Source: Utricularia gibba (taxonomy: Eukaryota > Plantae > Magnoliophyta). From it: DNA of 64,000 bases. The stretch lies in assembly GCA_002189035.1 (NCBI GenBank), contig NEEC01000023.1:434001-498000 (forward strand), given 5' to 3'. Of the stretch, positions 1-11,104 are shown piece by piece. Numbering within the stretch: the first letter of the stretch is position 1; each line of letters opens with the position of its first letter. The position numbers and the translations under genes are program-made. Below the pieces are notes generated by a model, which worked only from the letters and a program-made list of their open reading frames with translations, did not search any database and was not told the DNA's origin.

Positions 1-214
1 TCTGCATAGTTCGAGAAGACGGCGTCGTTGAGCTGCTGAGAGCATAGATGAATAGAATCTGCAGGAGGACGGTGACGCACAGCCAGGTGCATTGGTGGCC
101 GGAGACGTGAGATTTGACGGATTGGAAGGAGGTTTTATGGTCCATTCTCTTGGACGCCTTAGGGGAGTGATGTCCTCCGGCCGAGTACGGCAAGGGACTG
201 CTGCTCGGCAGCAT
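1..214 (-). CDS. 5' part of a GT47/exostosin xyloglucan galactosyltransferase (XLT2-like); runs off the window start
   Basis: Hand translation from ATG at 214: MLPSSSPLPYSAGGHHSPKASKRMDHKTSFQSVKSHVSGHQCTWLCVTVLLQILFIYALSSS. The cytosolic tail plus CTW..L..LQ.. signal anchor resembles the recalled XLT2 N-terminus. No catalytic domain lies inside the window. Confidence 0.55.
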   Translation of the reverse strand, partial: MLPSSSPLPYSAGGHHSPKASKRMDHKTSFQSVKSHVSGHQCTWLCVTVLLQILFIYALSSSTTPSSRTMQ

Positions 215-1080
215 GAATCGCGGCGGCGTAGCGGCGGAGGAAGCGGGGGAATCAGAAATGGTTACTGGGAGCGGACCCAACAACTGCGAGGAAGAAAAGC
301 AGTGGTTTTCCCGGCGTGGGCATTTTGGCCAATCAACACCACGATCCCGACATCTGTAGAGCGTCCTGTCGGCGAAATTAAAAAGAAGTACAGACGGCAA
401 CTGGTACCCATTTACGGTAATACCCCTCCCTATTCCTTTTAAATATAATTAACCTCCACCGACAGCACCTTCCCATGCTTTAGTGTTCTATTAGACAGGG
501 ATTAAGCAACATAAATTTAATTAGTCCAGTTATTCAATATTATACCCTTTTTTTGTAAAAAAAAAAAATTAGGACTTTCAGGGACCATAATGAGAGATTA
601 GGAGGAACTTACCTGGAAACCATGACCTTTTTCTGAATTATTTTACCATCTCTCAATTATGTATAGATATATAATAAATTAATTAATTAATCTGTTAATA
701 AATTGACAATTGATGTAGAAGTGGAGTGGCCCTATTCATCACTTTTGTCGCCCCAAGCACTCAATTCGACCATGAATCAGAAAATTGCACATGTCTCAAT
801 ATATTGTGTGAAAACAAAAAAATGAGCACTACAAATATATCCTTTTACTTTAGGTTTAATTCAATTTTCTAAGAATGTAATAAATGCATTTTCCATTACA
901 TACAAGAAACCCTCCTCTAATCCTTCTAACATCTTTTTCAAAAACATATCTATTAAAACACACTATTAATTATAATCCCATAATACATGGATCAATTGAA
1001 TATAAAGAATTCAAACATACATTATTAACCAAACTAACCTACCAGATACTACCATATATTATAATAAAATTTGCTTGTCA

Positions 1081-1105
1081 GGGGTGTGGGCCCGTGGGTG
1101 GTGGG
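1081..1105 (+). other. Canonical G-quadruplex-forming motif
   Basis: GGGG-tgt-GGG-cccgt-GGG-tggt-GGG fits four G3+ runs with loops of 1-7 nt. Confidence 0.55.
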
Positions 1106-2595
1106 CGGATGGCGAGTGAGTGGCGTTGGTGATGGGGTGTAGGGCAGCCCGCGGATGGCGGGGTAGATGGATGAGGGTTTTGGTTCTGCTCCAAGACTGA
1201 TTTTGATGGGTTGGCGAGTAAAGAAAGCAACTTGGCACATGAGGCCTGCATCTGATTTCGGGACACCGAGTTACTGGAGTGGCTCGTGGTGGGGCCCCAA
1301 GGCTGTATTTTTTTCTCCCCTTGTTGCTGTTGATTAATATTTATGGCGTCAGTGCATGCATTAGCCTTCGCCACTCTGTTTGGTACGCAGAGGGCTTTTA
1401 AGGCTGTGGGTGGTTGGGTGCTGTGAGATCTGTTACCGTGGTGAATTCCCTTGTGTGGGTTGGGGCTGGGGAGCTGAATCTCACCATGACGGATACTTGA
1501 CACTGAAGGGCTCCCTCCTGTAAGAACAGCCAGGGCTAAGTGTGAAGCTGACTGGACCAAGCTTCCTGGTTCCACTGTTGTTTTGATTCCGGGATATTAA
1601 ATCAACTAACCCCGGCTGTGATTGGGATGGAACGGATGTTGGCTGTCAGGTCATTAGGGGCCTCAGTGCTTGCTTCTTCTGATGGCTGAGATGGGGGCTG
1701 GTTCAGGGAAAGCTGATGGATCATCTTGCTCGTGTGTCATCTCCTTCGTGATGTAGCTTGTTCCTTTTAGGAACATACACATTCTTCTGTTCATCATCTA
1801 ACTCCTGTGTAGTGCCTGCTTCGAGCGGTGTTTAGGCAATACTGAAGAATCTTCTAGTAAGCATGAAACCTTACTTCAAGAACTGATGAAGGTTATTAAT
1901 ACTTCCCACCTGCAAATTCCAGAGATAAAGTACAAGCATATTATACTACATAAATTCCAAGAGTATAAGACATATCTCCTAAGATAATTTCAGGTTCACA
2001 AACAAACCCACTAACATTATAACCTCCTAAAATTTGTGCACCCTCAACATTCTGTTCACATGAATATCCAGAGGTTGCAGCAAGGCGTCGCAGAAAAAAC
2101 AAATAAAAAAAGCTTCCCAATCCTCCAGAGCAAGGCGAGATTCAGGTTTTCGTGGTTGAAGGACTTTGACCAAATAAAAAAGGCTTTCCCCGACCCCTCA
2201 TATTACTCAACAAGGAATCACCCGGACCATGAATAAAGACACATACAGAAGCTAACGGTACCGTCGTGAAAGGATGAGAATTTTCTTCTCACACATTCCA
2301 AATCATCATACATCCAACTCTTTCTTATCAGAAGAACACATTTCGAAATTTACATACAAACCTGTTTCATCGGAACGCAGGGATAGATTAGATAAAGGTA
2401 TTACTAATTCCTCCGCTAGTGAAGCATCCTACTTGCGGAAGCGGCGAAGAATGGCTTCGAACGTCGTTGCTGTCGCTACTCAAGAAGCTCCATTCCACAC
2501 CAGCGGCGGAGAACGCCATAGCAGCGCCTCGTCGAAGAGCCTACCACCTCAACAGTCTACCACATCGTCGCGTGATTTTGCAAATAACGAAAGCG

Positions 2596-2702
2596 GGCCA
2601 ATTTTGAAGTAAACCCTAAAAGGGCCACCATTATATTACCATTGCGCAATGTAGAAGGAGGCCCGATCGAAAACGGGCCCTAAAGGCCCAATAAACAGCC
2701 CA
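2596..2702. promoter_or_regulatory. Telo-box plus site II (TGGGCY/GGCCCA) promoter module
   Basis: AAACCCTAA at 2611-2619, with several GGGCC/GGCCCA/AGCCCA motifs between 2596 and 2701. This combination is typical of plant housekeeping and growth-gene promoters. Confidence 0.55.
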
Positions 2703-2755
2703 AGACGTTTATTCATCATATGCCACTTTTCTAAACACGCCTCACCGGCAGCATC

Positions 2756-2766
2756 CGATGTGGGAT
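2756..2766 (-). promoter_or_regulatory. snRNA-type upstream sequence element (USE)-like motif
   Basis: Exact RTCCCACATCG (ATCCCACATCG) on the minus strand. There is no clear TATA box at the canonical spacing and no recognisable snRNA downstream. Confidence 0.25.
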
Positions 2767-5307
2767 CATCCCTCCTGTGGGCTGGGCTGGGCTGCTGCTC
2801 ATATCTCGCCTCAGCAGCTCACGGATCTAGAGCCATTCTGAATGGGAGGCCGTCGGTAGGAGCCTGCTCCAGCCGCTTTCCTGGTGCTAGGCTGGCTGCT
2901 TGGCTGCCCAAGAAGCTGAGCCTAAATGGGCAGCAAGTTCTAGGTTTTGTTGACGAGCATCGCCGGCCACTTGGGATTCAAATGTGCACCTCTGCTGGGA
3001 TCATGGCTGCCATCATCCTGGTGTGCTGCTATACAGCATTTTGGTTCATCCCTGGAGAGTTGCCTGTAACTGATGAAGTAATGATGGTCCACAGGTGTCT
3101 TGCCTAAGAACAGGATAATCAACTTCCCTTTCTGCCATAGAACTCTGGCTCAAGGCGAACTGGTGAAAACATCAAACTCACACTCACCATTACAATTTCT
3201 AGACTCTAATGCTAGTCTAACAAAGGAAGCCGACCGTAAAAAAGAAACCCATGAAGGAACCTCCGAGGCCAAATCAACCCACAGTAAAGAAAGAAATGCA
3301 AGCAAAAAAAACAAAACATTTGAACGCAACAGCGACTCCGCAAGCCATTTCTAGCAAGCATTATCAATCCTTTGGCTTATACCTCAGCAAGAAACAGCTA
3401 TGGCGATAGGAGGTTCACCTGGTGACCCCAAAAATATCCGGGCTTTTGGGGGAATCGGTACAGATCTGCAGGCGTGAGCCGCCGGTAAGTGGCGCGAGCA
3501 AGAAAGCTGAAGCTCAGAGGGTAACGTAACAGGAGGAAATTATAAAAGGTAAAACGTAAAGACAGACTTTTGACCGTAGACCGGGGCCCGGGGAAAAAAG
3601 CATGAAACAGAACAGAACAGGCGAATATGGAAACTGTGTGCACTCGTAATAAATGTGCTGTAATTTTGCCTTGAGCTCCATTGCAAGCAAGCAATCAAGG
3701 AGAAACAAATAGACAGGCTGAAAGAACCCCACCTCCCCGAGATGGCATTTTTGGTAAAAACGTTTAACAGAAGTAGCTATTAGATCGTTGAACTTGAAAC
3801 CCTGCATTTTAATGCTCAAAGACTAATTCAGAGTACAAGATAGAAGGGAAAAACCCGAAAGGAGAGGAAACAAGAACTAGGATTTAGAAAGAGCATACAG
3901 TGAGTTACAAAATGCAATGTGAAGAATTTTATCTACCAAAACCCTGAAAGCATGCCACCTATGGGACTGAGAAACAGCGTACAATGAGGTAATGCTATAA
4001 AAGAAGGCATGGTACAAGTTCAAGTAGATAAGAAGATGATAGAGAAGCAGCTTAAGAGAAGGTCCTCTATGGCTTCACATTTTGCACCGTGGACAAAGAT
4101 TGCTTCTCAATAAGTTCAACAGAAACCACATTCCTTGCATCTGCCTCCCAAACTTGTAATTCAATGGCGGAGTTGGGCAAAGGAGTTTCAAGGGAAGTCA
4201 GACCAAACAGCAGGCATCAATGCATAATTCACCAAGACAATAATCAACCGCACTGCAGAGTTCAAGAGACTGAAGACCTTTTTCGGTGCAACGTAAGAGA
4301 ACCAAATTCTTAGTTACACAACTCAACTTCACACTATTGACCGAAGTCAGCTTTGAAAGAGTCACCAAGATCACCGGTTCAACACATACCTTATAATTGC
4401 CACCTGGAAAAGCACAGCAGTTTCTGCAAGTGGCAAATACCACAACCATAACCGTGATTTGGCCACCACATGAGAATAGAAGACAAAAATAAGTCTTATA
4501 CATTCAAACGCAGGGATCAAGCGCACTGGTTGATTGCTTAGTGAAAGAGGTAATATGCAATGAGACATCCACGAATACTCAACAAGACAATTAAGGAAAT
4601 TACGGCATAAATGCAATGGACTAATACAATCAGGAACAATGACCATTCATAGTTTATGCAGATTTCATAGACCGCGACTACAATAAACAAAGGACAGCAT
4701 TGTCTTATGATAAACCATTCAAAATACAGGAAGAGAAACACTGATTCAATGCTATTGTCAAAGAGGTAACACGCAATGGATCCATGAACACGGTAAGAAA
4801 ATTAGTGAGCCTATGTCATCATGGCAAGGGACTGTGACCATCAGTAACAATGATACCCATTGTCTCTGCAAGCGACAAAGTATCACTACTATTCCAACAC
4901 ACCAAAACAGAGAGCAGCAGCAAGATTTCAGAGAAGCCATGTAACCAGAGGAATTTCTGAAGACCCCTAGAACGGGGAGCTGCATTCTATGGTGAAGCAG
5001 ATAACGAACAATAGGATAAATTAAGATTCAGTAAGAAAACTAAGGAGCCTAATGCATCATGACAATGGCCATTACAATCAGTAACAATAAAGTTTATATT
5101 TAGCACAACTGTTCCACGGAAACAATACACTCGTAGAAGATAGACTTGAGCATTCAGAAGGTCTTAGTCATTCATCTCCTACTAAAGGAGTATCCCTTTT
5201 TTTGTTTTTTTTTTTCATTTTCCCGACAAAAAAAGAGAGAAACTTTGGCTATTGGACCAAAAGAGGGGATAGGATCATCGTTGCAATCATCGGCTAAAAC
5301 TTGTTCT

Positions 5308-5979
5308 TCAAAGTCGCAGCGCCGTGCAGGCGAGCTCATCTGCATCAGCGTCCACTGTGGGTATCGCATTGAGGTCAAATGGGAAGAACTTTTTCCCCGA
5401 GGAATACGCCACATCACAATCAGCATCATCAATCACGGAGGATGAAGAGTCACAGTCGCTGTGGCAATCGTCCGGGGCAATGGGAGGAGACCGAGGAAAC
5501 CTCCGCAGCGGCAGCGGTGGCTGCACCTGCTGCCGAGGACGACTGAAAGATTCTACAGTGCTGCTCATGCCGCTGGAAGTAGGCCTCTGTTGCACAATCA
5601 TCTGTTGATCCTGCGTATAAAACCCCTGTCCAGTGAATGGATCGTTGTGGTAGTTAACGATTTGGGGCTGGTTAGGGTTTTGAGGGTTAAAATCAGGGAT
5701 AACTCCTCCGTTGGTCGGGAGAGGGAAATTGGTCTTGGCCTTAGGCCCACGAAGAGAGCGAGCGGCAGAATCGTAAGCCCGGGCAGCGTCCTCCGCCGAG
5801 TCGAAGGTCCCCAACCAGACGCGGGTTTTCTTCCACGGATCCCGTATCTCCGCAGCGTATCTCCCCCAGGGTCTCTTCCTCACGCCTCTGAACCTAACCT
5901 CCTTAGAAACGCCAGATCCATCGGGTAACCCCCCGGCCGGCGCCTCCGATTTCCTCCCCGCCGCCCTGCCTCGCCTCAT
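5308..5979 (-). CDS. AP2/ERF transcription factor, class II (group VIII) repressor, ERF3/ERF7-like; single exon, 223 aa
   Basis: MRRGR start; AP2 domain [42 protein letters not shown]...AKTNF; [12 protein letters not shown] and [12 protein letters not shown] motifs; EAR-like FDLNAIP; C-terminal CTALRL. Confidence 0.93.
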   Translation of the reverse strand: MRRGRAAGRKSEAPAGGLPDGSGVSKEVRFRGVRKRPWGRYAAEIRDPWKKTRVWLGTFDSAEDAARAYDSAARSLRGPKAKTNFPLPTNGGVIPDFNPQNPNQPQIVNYHNDPFTGQGFYTQDQQMIVQQRPTSSGMSSTVESFSRPRQQVQPPLPLRRFPRSPPIAPDDCHSDCDSSSSVIDDADCDVAYSSGKKFFPFDLNAIPTVDADADELACTALRL

Positions 5980-6930
5980 GGCCGGAATCCCCCAACACAG
6001 AGATGGAAAAAAGCCAGGAAACCCGGAATCCAAACCAAGAATAAGAAGAAACCGATTTGCAGGCCTCCCGCTACAAGAAACACGCGCCGAAGAGAGTAGG
6101 GAGAAGGGGAACCTCCCGGAGAACCACCATATGTACACGAAAAACAAGACCACAGAAACAGATCTTTTTTCCCCTTCTTTTCTTTCTCTCTCCCTCTGTT
6201 TTTTTAACCTCCCGATTCTCCAAACCTCGGGGTGAATTCGTAATTTCCGTCCTCATTTATTTTCACACGAACCTAAAATTCAAAAATTGAATTAAAACAT
6301 TATTATCCTCTTCAAAAAAATATTAATGTACATAAACACACGATGGATGGCTTAAATCCATTAATTTGGTACGAATTTATTATTATTATTTCCACAATAT
6401 CCGACCAATCATCAACCAAGCGGAGCTGCTGCTGCTGCTGTGTGTAGTGTTTTTTTTTTAAACAAAGAAAAAGAATTGAAATGAGGAGAAGGGATCCAAG
6501 AGAGACGCATGGGCGGGTTTGGTAGGGATAAGGTGTTAGGCCGGATGGATAGATGATTCTTTTCTTGAAGCCCTAAAAGCAGCGTTTGGTGGTGTTGGTA
6601 TTTATGGGTACTAGGCACCGCATGCTTACGTTCTCCATCCTCGGTATCTGCTGCTGCTGCTGCGAAGGCGGTTTCTACTTGAGAGAGAAAGGGAACCAAA
6701 GTGGTTTGTTATTCAAGCAGCTTCACCGCCGACGCCGGTGTTCACACAAAAGCCTCCCTGGAAAGAACGGGACAGATGGGTCTCCTCGTGTCTGTACTCC
6801 GAGTCATCCCGCAGCATACGCTTGGCCTTACAACAAGAACGCAAGGTCACGTGATGACAATGTAAGAGAAAGAGGAGGAACTGCACTTGAACGCATTATT
6901 CGTTCGGTAAAATGTAACGACTGTGGAAAA

Positions 6931-6950
6931 AAGAAGAAGAAGAAGAAGAA
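6931..6950 (+). repeat. (AAG)n microsatellite; (GCT)5 at 6425-6439 nearby
   Basis: Direct reading of the sequence. Confidence 0.8.
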
Positions 6951-7410
6951 TTGATGGCATCCGTACGCCACAACCGCCCCCATAATCGCGCCAATTGACA
7001 ATTACCCATATTTTTCTTACTCTCTCTCTAGTCCTGGTTCCCTACACCTGCTTGCCCTGTCTTTATGTTTTTAGAACATTTGACAATTACCCGTATTCTT
7101 CTTCCTCATGTTTACCACCCCTCACTTATGTGGGGCTTTTAAATCTGCAGTGGCTCCAATTGATTATATGGACGGTGTAACTGCTCTGTATGACCCTTTG
7201 ACCCAGTTCTGTATATTAAAGCCCCAACCGACTTCTCTCTACCTTTCTGCGCTGCAAATTGGAAACCCCTAGGGGCCCGCATCAGGAATCAGCGCTGGAA
7301 AGAAGAGCCACTGGGCACCCCCTACGGCACCATGACCGAGAACTCGGGTGCCTTTCTCAATTCTCCCTTATGGTGTGATCTCGGCACTGTGCTGTTTTTT
7401 TTTTACCTGG

Positions 7411-10400
7411 CTACGGTAGTGGTGCCTGGCTGCTCTGAGGGCCACCAAAGAGTGGTCTCATGTACCGGTCATCAAATTTTCTCCAGAAAGTATGAATGGT
7501 ATGAACGGGCCTCTCGAGGAGCAACGAGACGCTCTGTTTTGCCCGCAGGAAGTTGGTTTCAGCAGACTCCTCCATGGAGAGAAGCGGGAGACTCACATCA
7601 TCTAGAGTGAGGCTTGGTTCGTGTTCTAGGCTGTTTGGCCTTATGTCTGGTAGTAGATGGTTCACCAGCGGCTTGCTTAAGGTCCCAAAAACCTGCGGAG
7701 GAAGGAATTTGCGGTAGTGTGACACCAGGAGAAAAGGATAGAGAATAGGAATAGGCTCCTCCTCACCACTGTAGTGAACAGCACGACAATGACTACAGTT
7801 GTAACCATTGTGGCGTTGATTGGATCCAGGGGAACACCATAGTAAGTGAACTGGCCCATGCAAGATCAATGAATATACGTGTGAAACAGTAGGATTTCAA
7901 CTGTTGAACAGCCAATAAGGAACACACCTGTTTAAATGCCAGGGCAATGGAAACTGCTCCTCTCATCAGCCCAGCCCACCAGATTATAACCTACCAAGAA
8001 GAGAGGTTGAGACAGACTAAAACATCTCAACGAACAGAGGATATCCACTTTAACATACAGAATCCTAATGTTGCATGCACAGGTCACAGAGGATACGACC
8101 TGTGGAATATAGTGCAAGCTACATGAACTAATTAATTGACTGGAAAAAAAAAACAATCCGCATATTTAATTCACATGTAATTTACCTGGTGCTTCCAGTT
8201 TATTGGAGAAGAGTTTGATGATCTGTTCATGCAATTTGACAAAGCTGAAAGAGGAAACACAAACGCCGCACGCCCCAGCAATATCAGGAACAGAACGGTG
8301 CTGTAGAGGCCAAGTAAGTTCCAACCACTGCGAAGAAGGATATGGGAAAAAGCAAAATAAAAAAATGGGAAATTGATAGCAGAGGGAAGCTGGAAAACAA
8401 ATGATTTTTTAACCTTAGCTTGTTCATTTTCCATTTCTCCAAATCAAGGGCATCCATTCCCACATACAAAAAAATGAACATTTCTGCAATGTATGACATC
8501 ATTGCAAATACATGCCTGCAAGCAAACAATGTGACAATTAAGTTGACAATCGCATTTGCTGCAAACAACAAGCTACCACATTTAATCCATGAAGATAATA
8601 ATTCCTTTACTTTAAGGGCATGATGACGTGTTCTAGATATCAGAATGAAATAACCAGAGAGGATTTCCAAATCGAAGATGGAGTAAAAAAATGGGTACGA
8701 CCCTTAGCAATTCAATCCAAAACCGTACTTACTTCATAGTTATCCTTGAACTTTCAGTGATATTATGCCATGCATAATGTGACATGAATATCCCAGCAAA
8801 GAAGACTGTTAGGATACCACTTAGACTGAACAGCTGAAACTCAAGGAAAAATTCCTTAAAAAACATCTCTTCTATTTATTGAGAAACACGACTTTTCAAA
8901 GTTTACCAAGTGCAGAAATTCTGGCAAAAAAATCACGAAAGGAACATATAAAAGGGGGTATAAGGTACAATGTGAAAACCAAATTACATATTGAAAGCAT
9001 AAATACACAAGACAACAACTGACATTTTCATCTCATCTTCATCTTCATGCGAAGCACATGGGTGCACATAAAAACACACATACATACTACATACGAAGGT
9101 AGGTATGCCAACATGCTAATTACCTCAGCTAACATGTAGGAAAGGTAAGCCATAAGAACAGTAAGCGCAATTTCGCGAATAGTTGAATGTCTGCTGAGAC
9201 AAATATGAAGTTAAAATTCACTTCATAAGCATCCGAATTTATCCAACTTCATCTACCAAAGTTACCTTCGCACGGCCTTGAAGACATAAGCAGTCAAAAG
9301 ACCAGCCTGGACATGAAGCAAGTTGATGGAAGATAGAAATAGGAAATAGTAAGGAAGATTCTTCCGCATATCTAAATTACAGTAATATCATTCAATTTTC
9401 TAGAAAGCAATCATGTATTGGTTCGAGACAGCTCAAAAATCATTCTAATTGCGATCCTATTTGCATGAAAAAGTGACTAGAGGTCAAATAATAAATTGTT
9501 TAATAGAAGAGTGTTCTTCATGTCATGAATTAACACAAATGCTAACTTACAGCAATTCCTAAAGCAGTGCTTGTAGAGAACAAGTAGAGAAAATCTCCAA
9601 GAAGTCGAACGGCCCCCACGCCATCAATTTTGTTCATATCAATCTTTTGAATTGCATTGAATAAAACCACCGATGTGGCATCGTTTACTACTCCCTCTCC
9701 AAAAACCAAGCTATAGAGTAGTGGAGTTTCATCTTGATGCAAAATCTAGACGGAAAGCCTTCCTTAAATATTAACCATGATCACACTTGCTACATATAAA
9801 ATCAAATGAACGAAGATTCACTGACCTGCAAAGTGCAAACGGTGTCTGTTGACGAGAAAATAGCTCCAATACCTCAATCATCAAGCAACACATTTAGCGA
9901 CAATACATCAGAGCCGCCACAGATTCCACAATTAATGAACTAACCAAGATAACCACGCGGAGTAAGACCACCAAAACCAAACTTTGGAAAGAGCAACCAG
10001 CTTCCTGATGAAACAGCACATAAGAATTACTCATGAAGACAGAAAGTGAGGCCGGATACACAATGCCCCATACCCGTTGTTATTATCGTTGATGATATAA
10101 ATACCCCAATCACTCCAAACAGCATAATTGTGAAGAAGTTATGGAAAAAGCGCTTTTTCTTAACCTGGAATCTGGACAAAAAAAATGACTGATCGATCAT
10201 TAAATAAGAGCATGAAGAAGTCATCAAACAGAAGAAAAACACAAAAAATATTCCTAACCCTGCATTAAATATAATCGCCGGCAGTGGATAATTGAAGAAG
10301 ATCTGTTCATCAAACCTCAAAATATGCGAACTCCTCCCTTACTCAGCAACAAAATCACAATCCCCGATATGCATCCCTTGTAGTACAATAACACAAGAGT

Positions 10401-10625
10401 TTGAAACATCACAACACATATAAAAACAAAAAAAACAAAACACCCTACGATGACAAAACGCATCAGAAAGTCTATTACGATCAAAAGAGCGGTAATGAAC
10501 TCGTTGAGCCATCGATTCTCTCGAAAAACGTGGCATACAACCAAACAGAAGCAGAGCACCGCCACGAAGACGGTTAACGGAACCACATTCTGCGCTATCC
10601 CGCCAATATTACTGTAAATCTCCAT
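7411..10625 (-). CDS. NHX4: Vacuolar-class Na+(K+)/H+ antiporter, AtNHX3/NHX4-like; multi-exon, with a 1-bp frameshift in exon 2 (possible pseudogene)
   Basis: Exons read ENRWLNE.ITA, FQVKKKRFFHNF, FSSTDTVCTLQ, DETPLLYSLVFGEGVVNDATS, RHST.REIA..LMAYLSYMLAE, WWAGLMRGAVSIALA and FWRKFDDRYMRPLFGG. Introns are GT-AG. The frame breaks at 10336-10338. Confidence 0.9.
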
Positions 10626-11083
10626 GATCCAGCGGCGAAAGTGGAATCGATTCGTAGGTGGAGGAATGTGAAAGGGGTATAGTGGATGAATTTAGCCATC
10701 GGGAGATGAGATCGGAGGAGAGCATAGAAAACGGCAGATGGCGAGGCGGTTGCTGCGTGTAAATGATACGTGGACAGTGCCCCTTTTCTCGAGCTTGACG
10801 GCTACCGCTCGGATCTGCCTCAGCATGACATAGTTTTTTATACAATATATGCGATCAAAAATACAAAAAAAATGTTAATTATCAAAATTACCAGAAAAAT
10901 GCGTATAAATAAAAAAAATAATATATTAAATTATTTAAATTTATACAAATGCATGATATATTTTAAAAATTATATAAATATATTTCACTTAATTTTAATT
11001 TTAAGAAAGTAAAAAACATTTTTGTCATCACTATGAGGTAAGCAAGTGATCATGCGGATGGGAAATCATGTATTCGCCATGGG

Positions 11084-11104
11084 TTGACCACGAGAGAGTT
11101 GACT
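11084..11104 (+). promoter_or_regulatory. Paired W-boxes (WRKY sites)
   Basis: TTGACC at 11084 and TTGACT at 11099, in the NHX/pirin divergent spacer. Confidence 0.35.

Noticed and set aside
607-622. ACTTACCTGG resembling the U1 snRNA 5' end
   Set aside because: The downstream sequence is not U1, and there is no USE/TATA.
1079-1314. Telomerase RNA candidate: 5' GGGGTGTGGG like Arabidopsis TR, a TATA-like box at -25 and a T-run about 230 nt later
   Set aside because: No CTAAACCCT-type template on this strand, no USE at the correct spacing, and no 3' C-rich strand to close the terminal helix.
1497-1517. miR319-like sequence (ttgacactgaagggctccct)
   Set aside because: It needs a 2-nt deletion plus mismatches, and there is no star strand or foldback upstream.
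1078-1575. 165-codon minus ORF (and the 115-codon plus ORF at 2760-3107)
   Set aside because: Non-ATG starts, no recognisable domain, and length is explained by local GC richness.
1512-2777. Two TCCCTCCTG matches suggesting miR390 sites (TAS3-like)
   Set aside because: Matches are only 9-10 nt, lie 1.25 kb apart, and there is no tasiARF core (TTCTTGACCTTGTAAG) between them.
8335-8342. ATATCCTT in the NHX gene suggesting an AT-AC U12 intron
   Set aside because: It lies in the 3' pyrimidine tract of an ordinary GT-AG intron, not at a donor.
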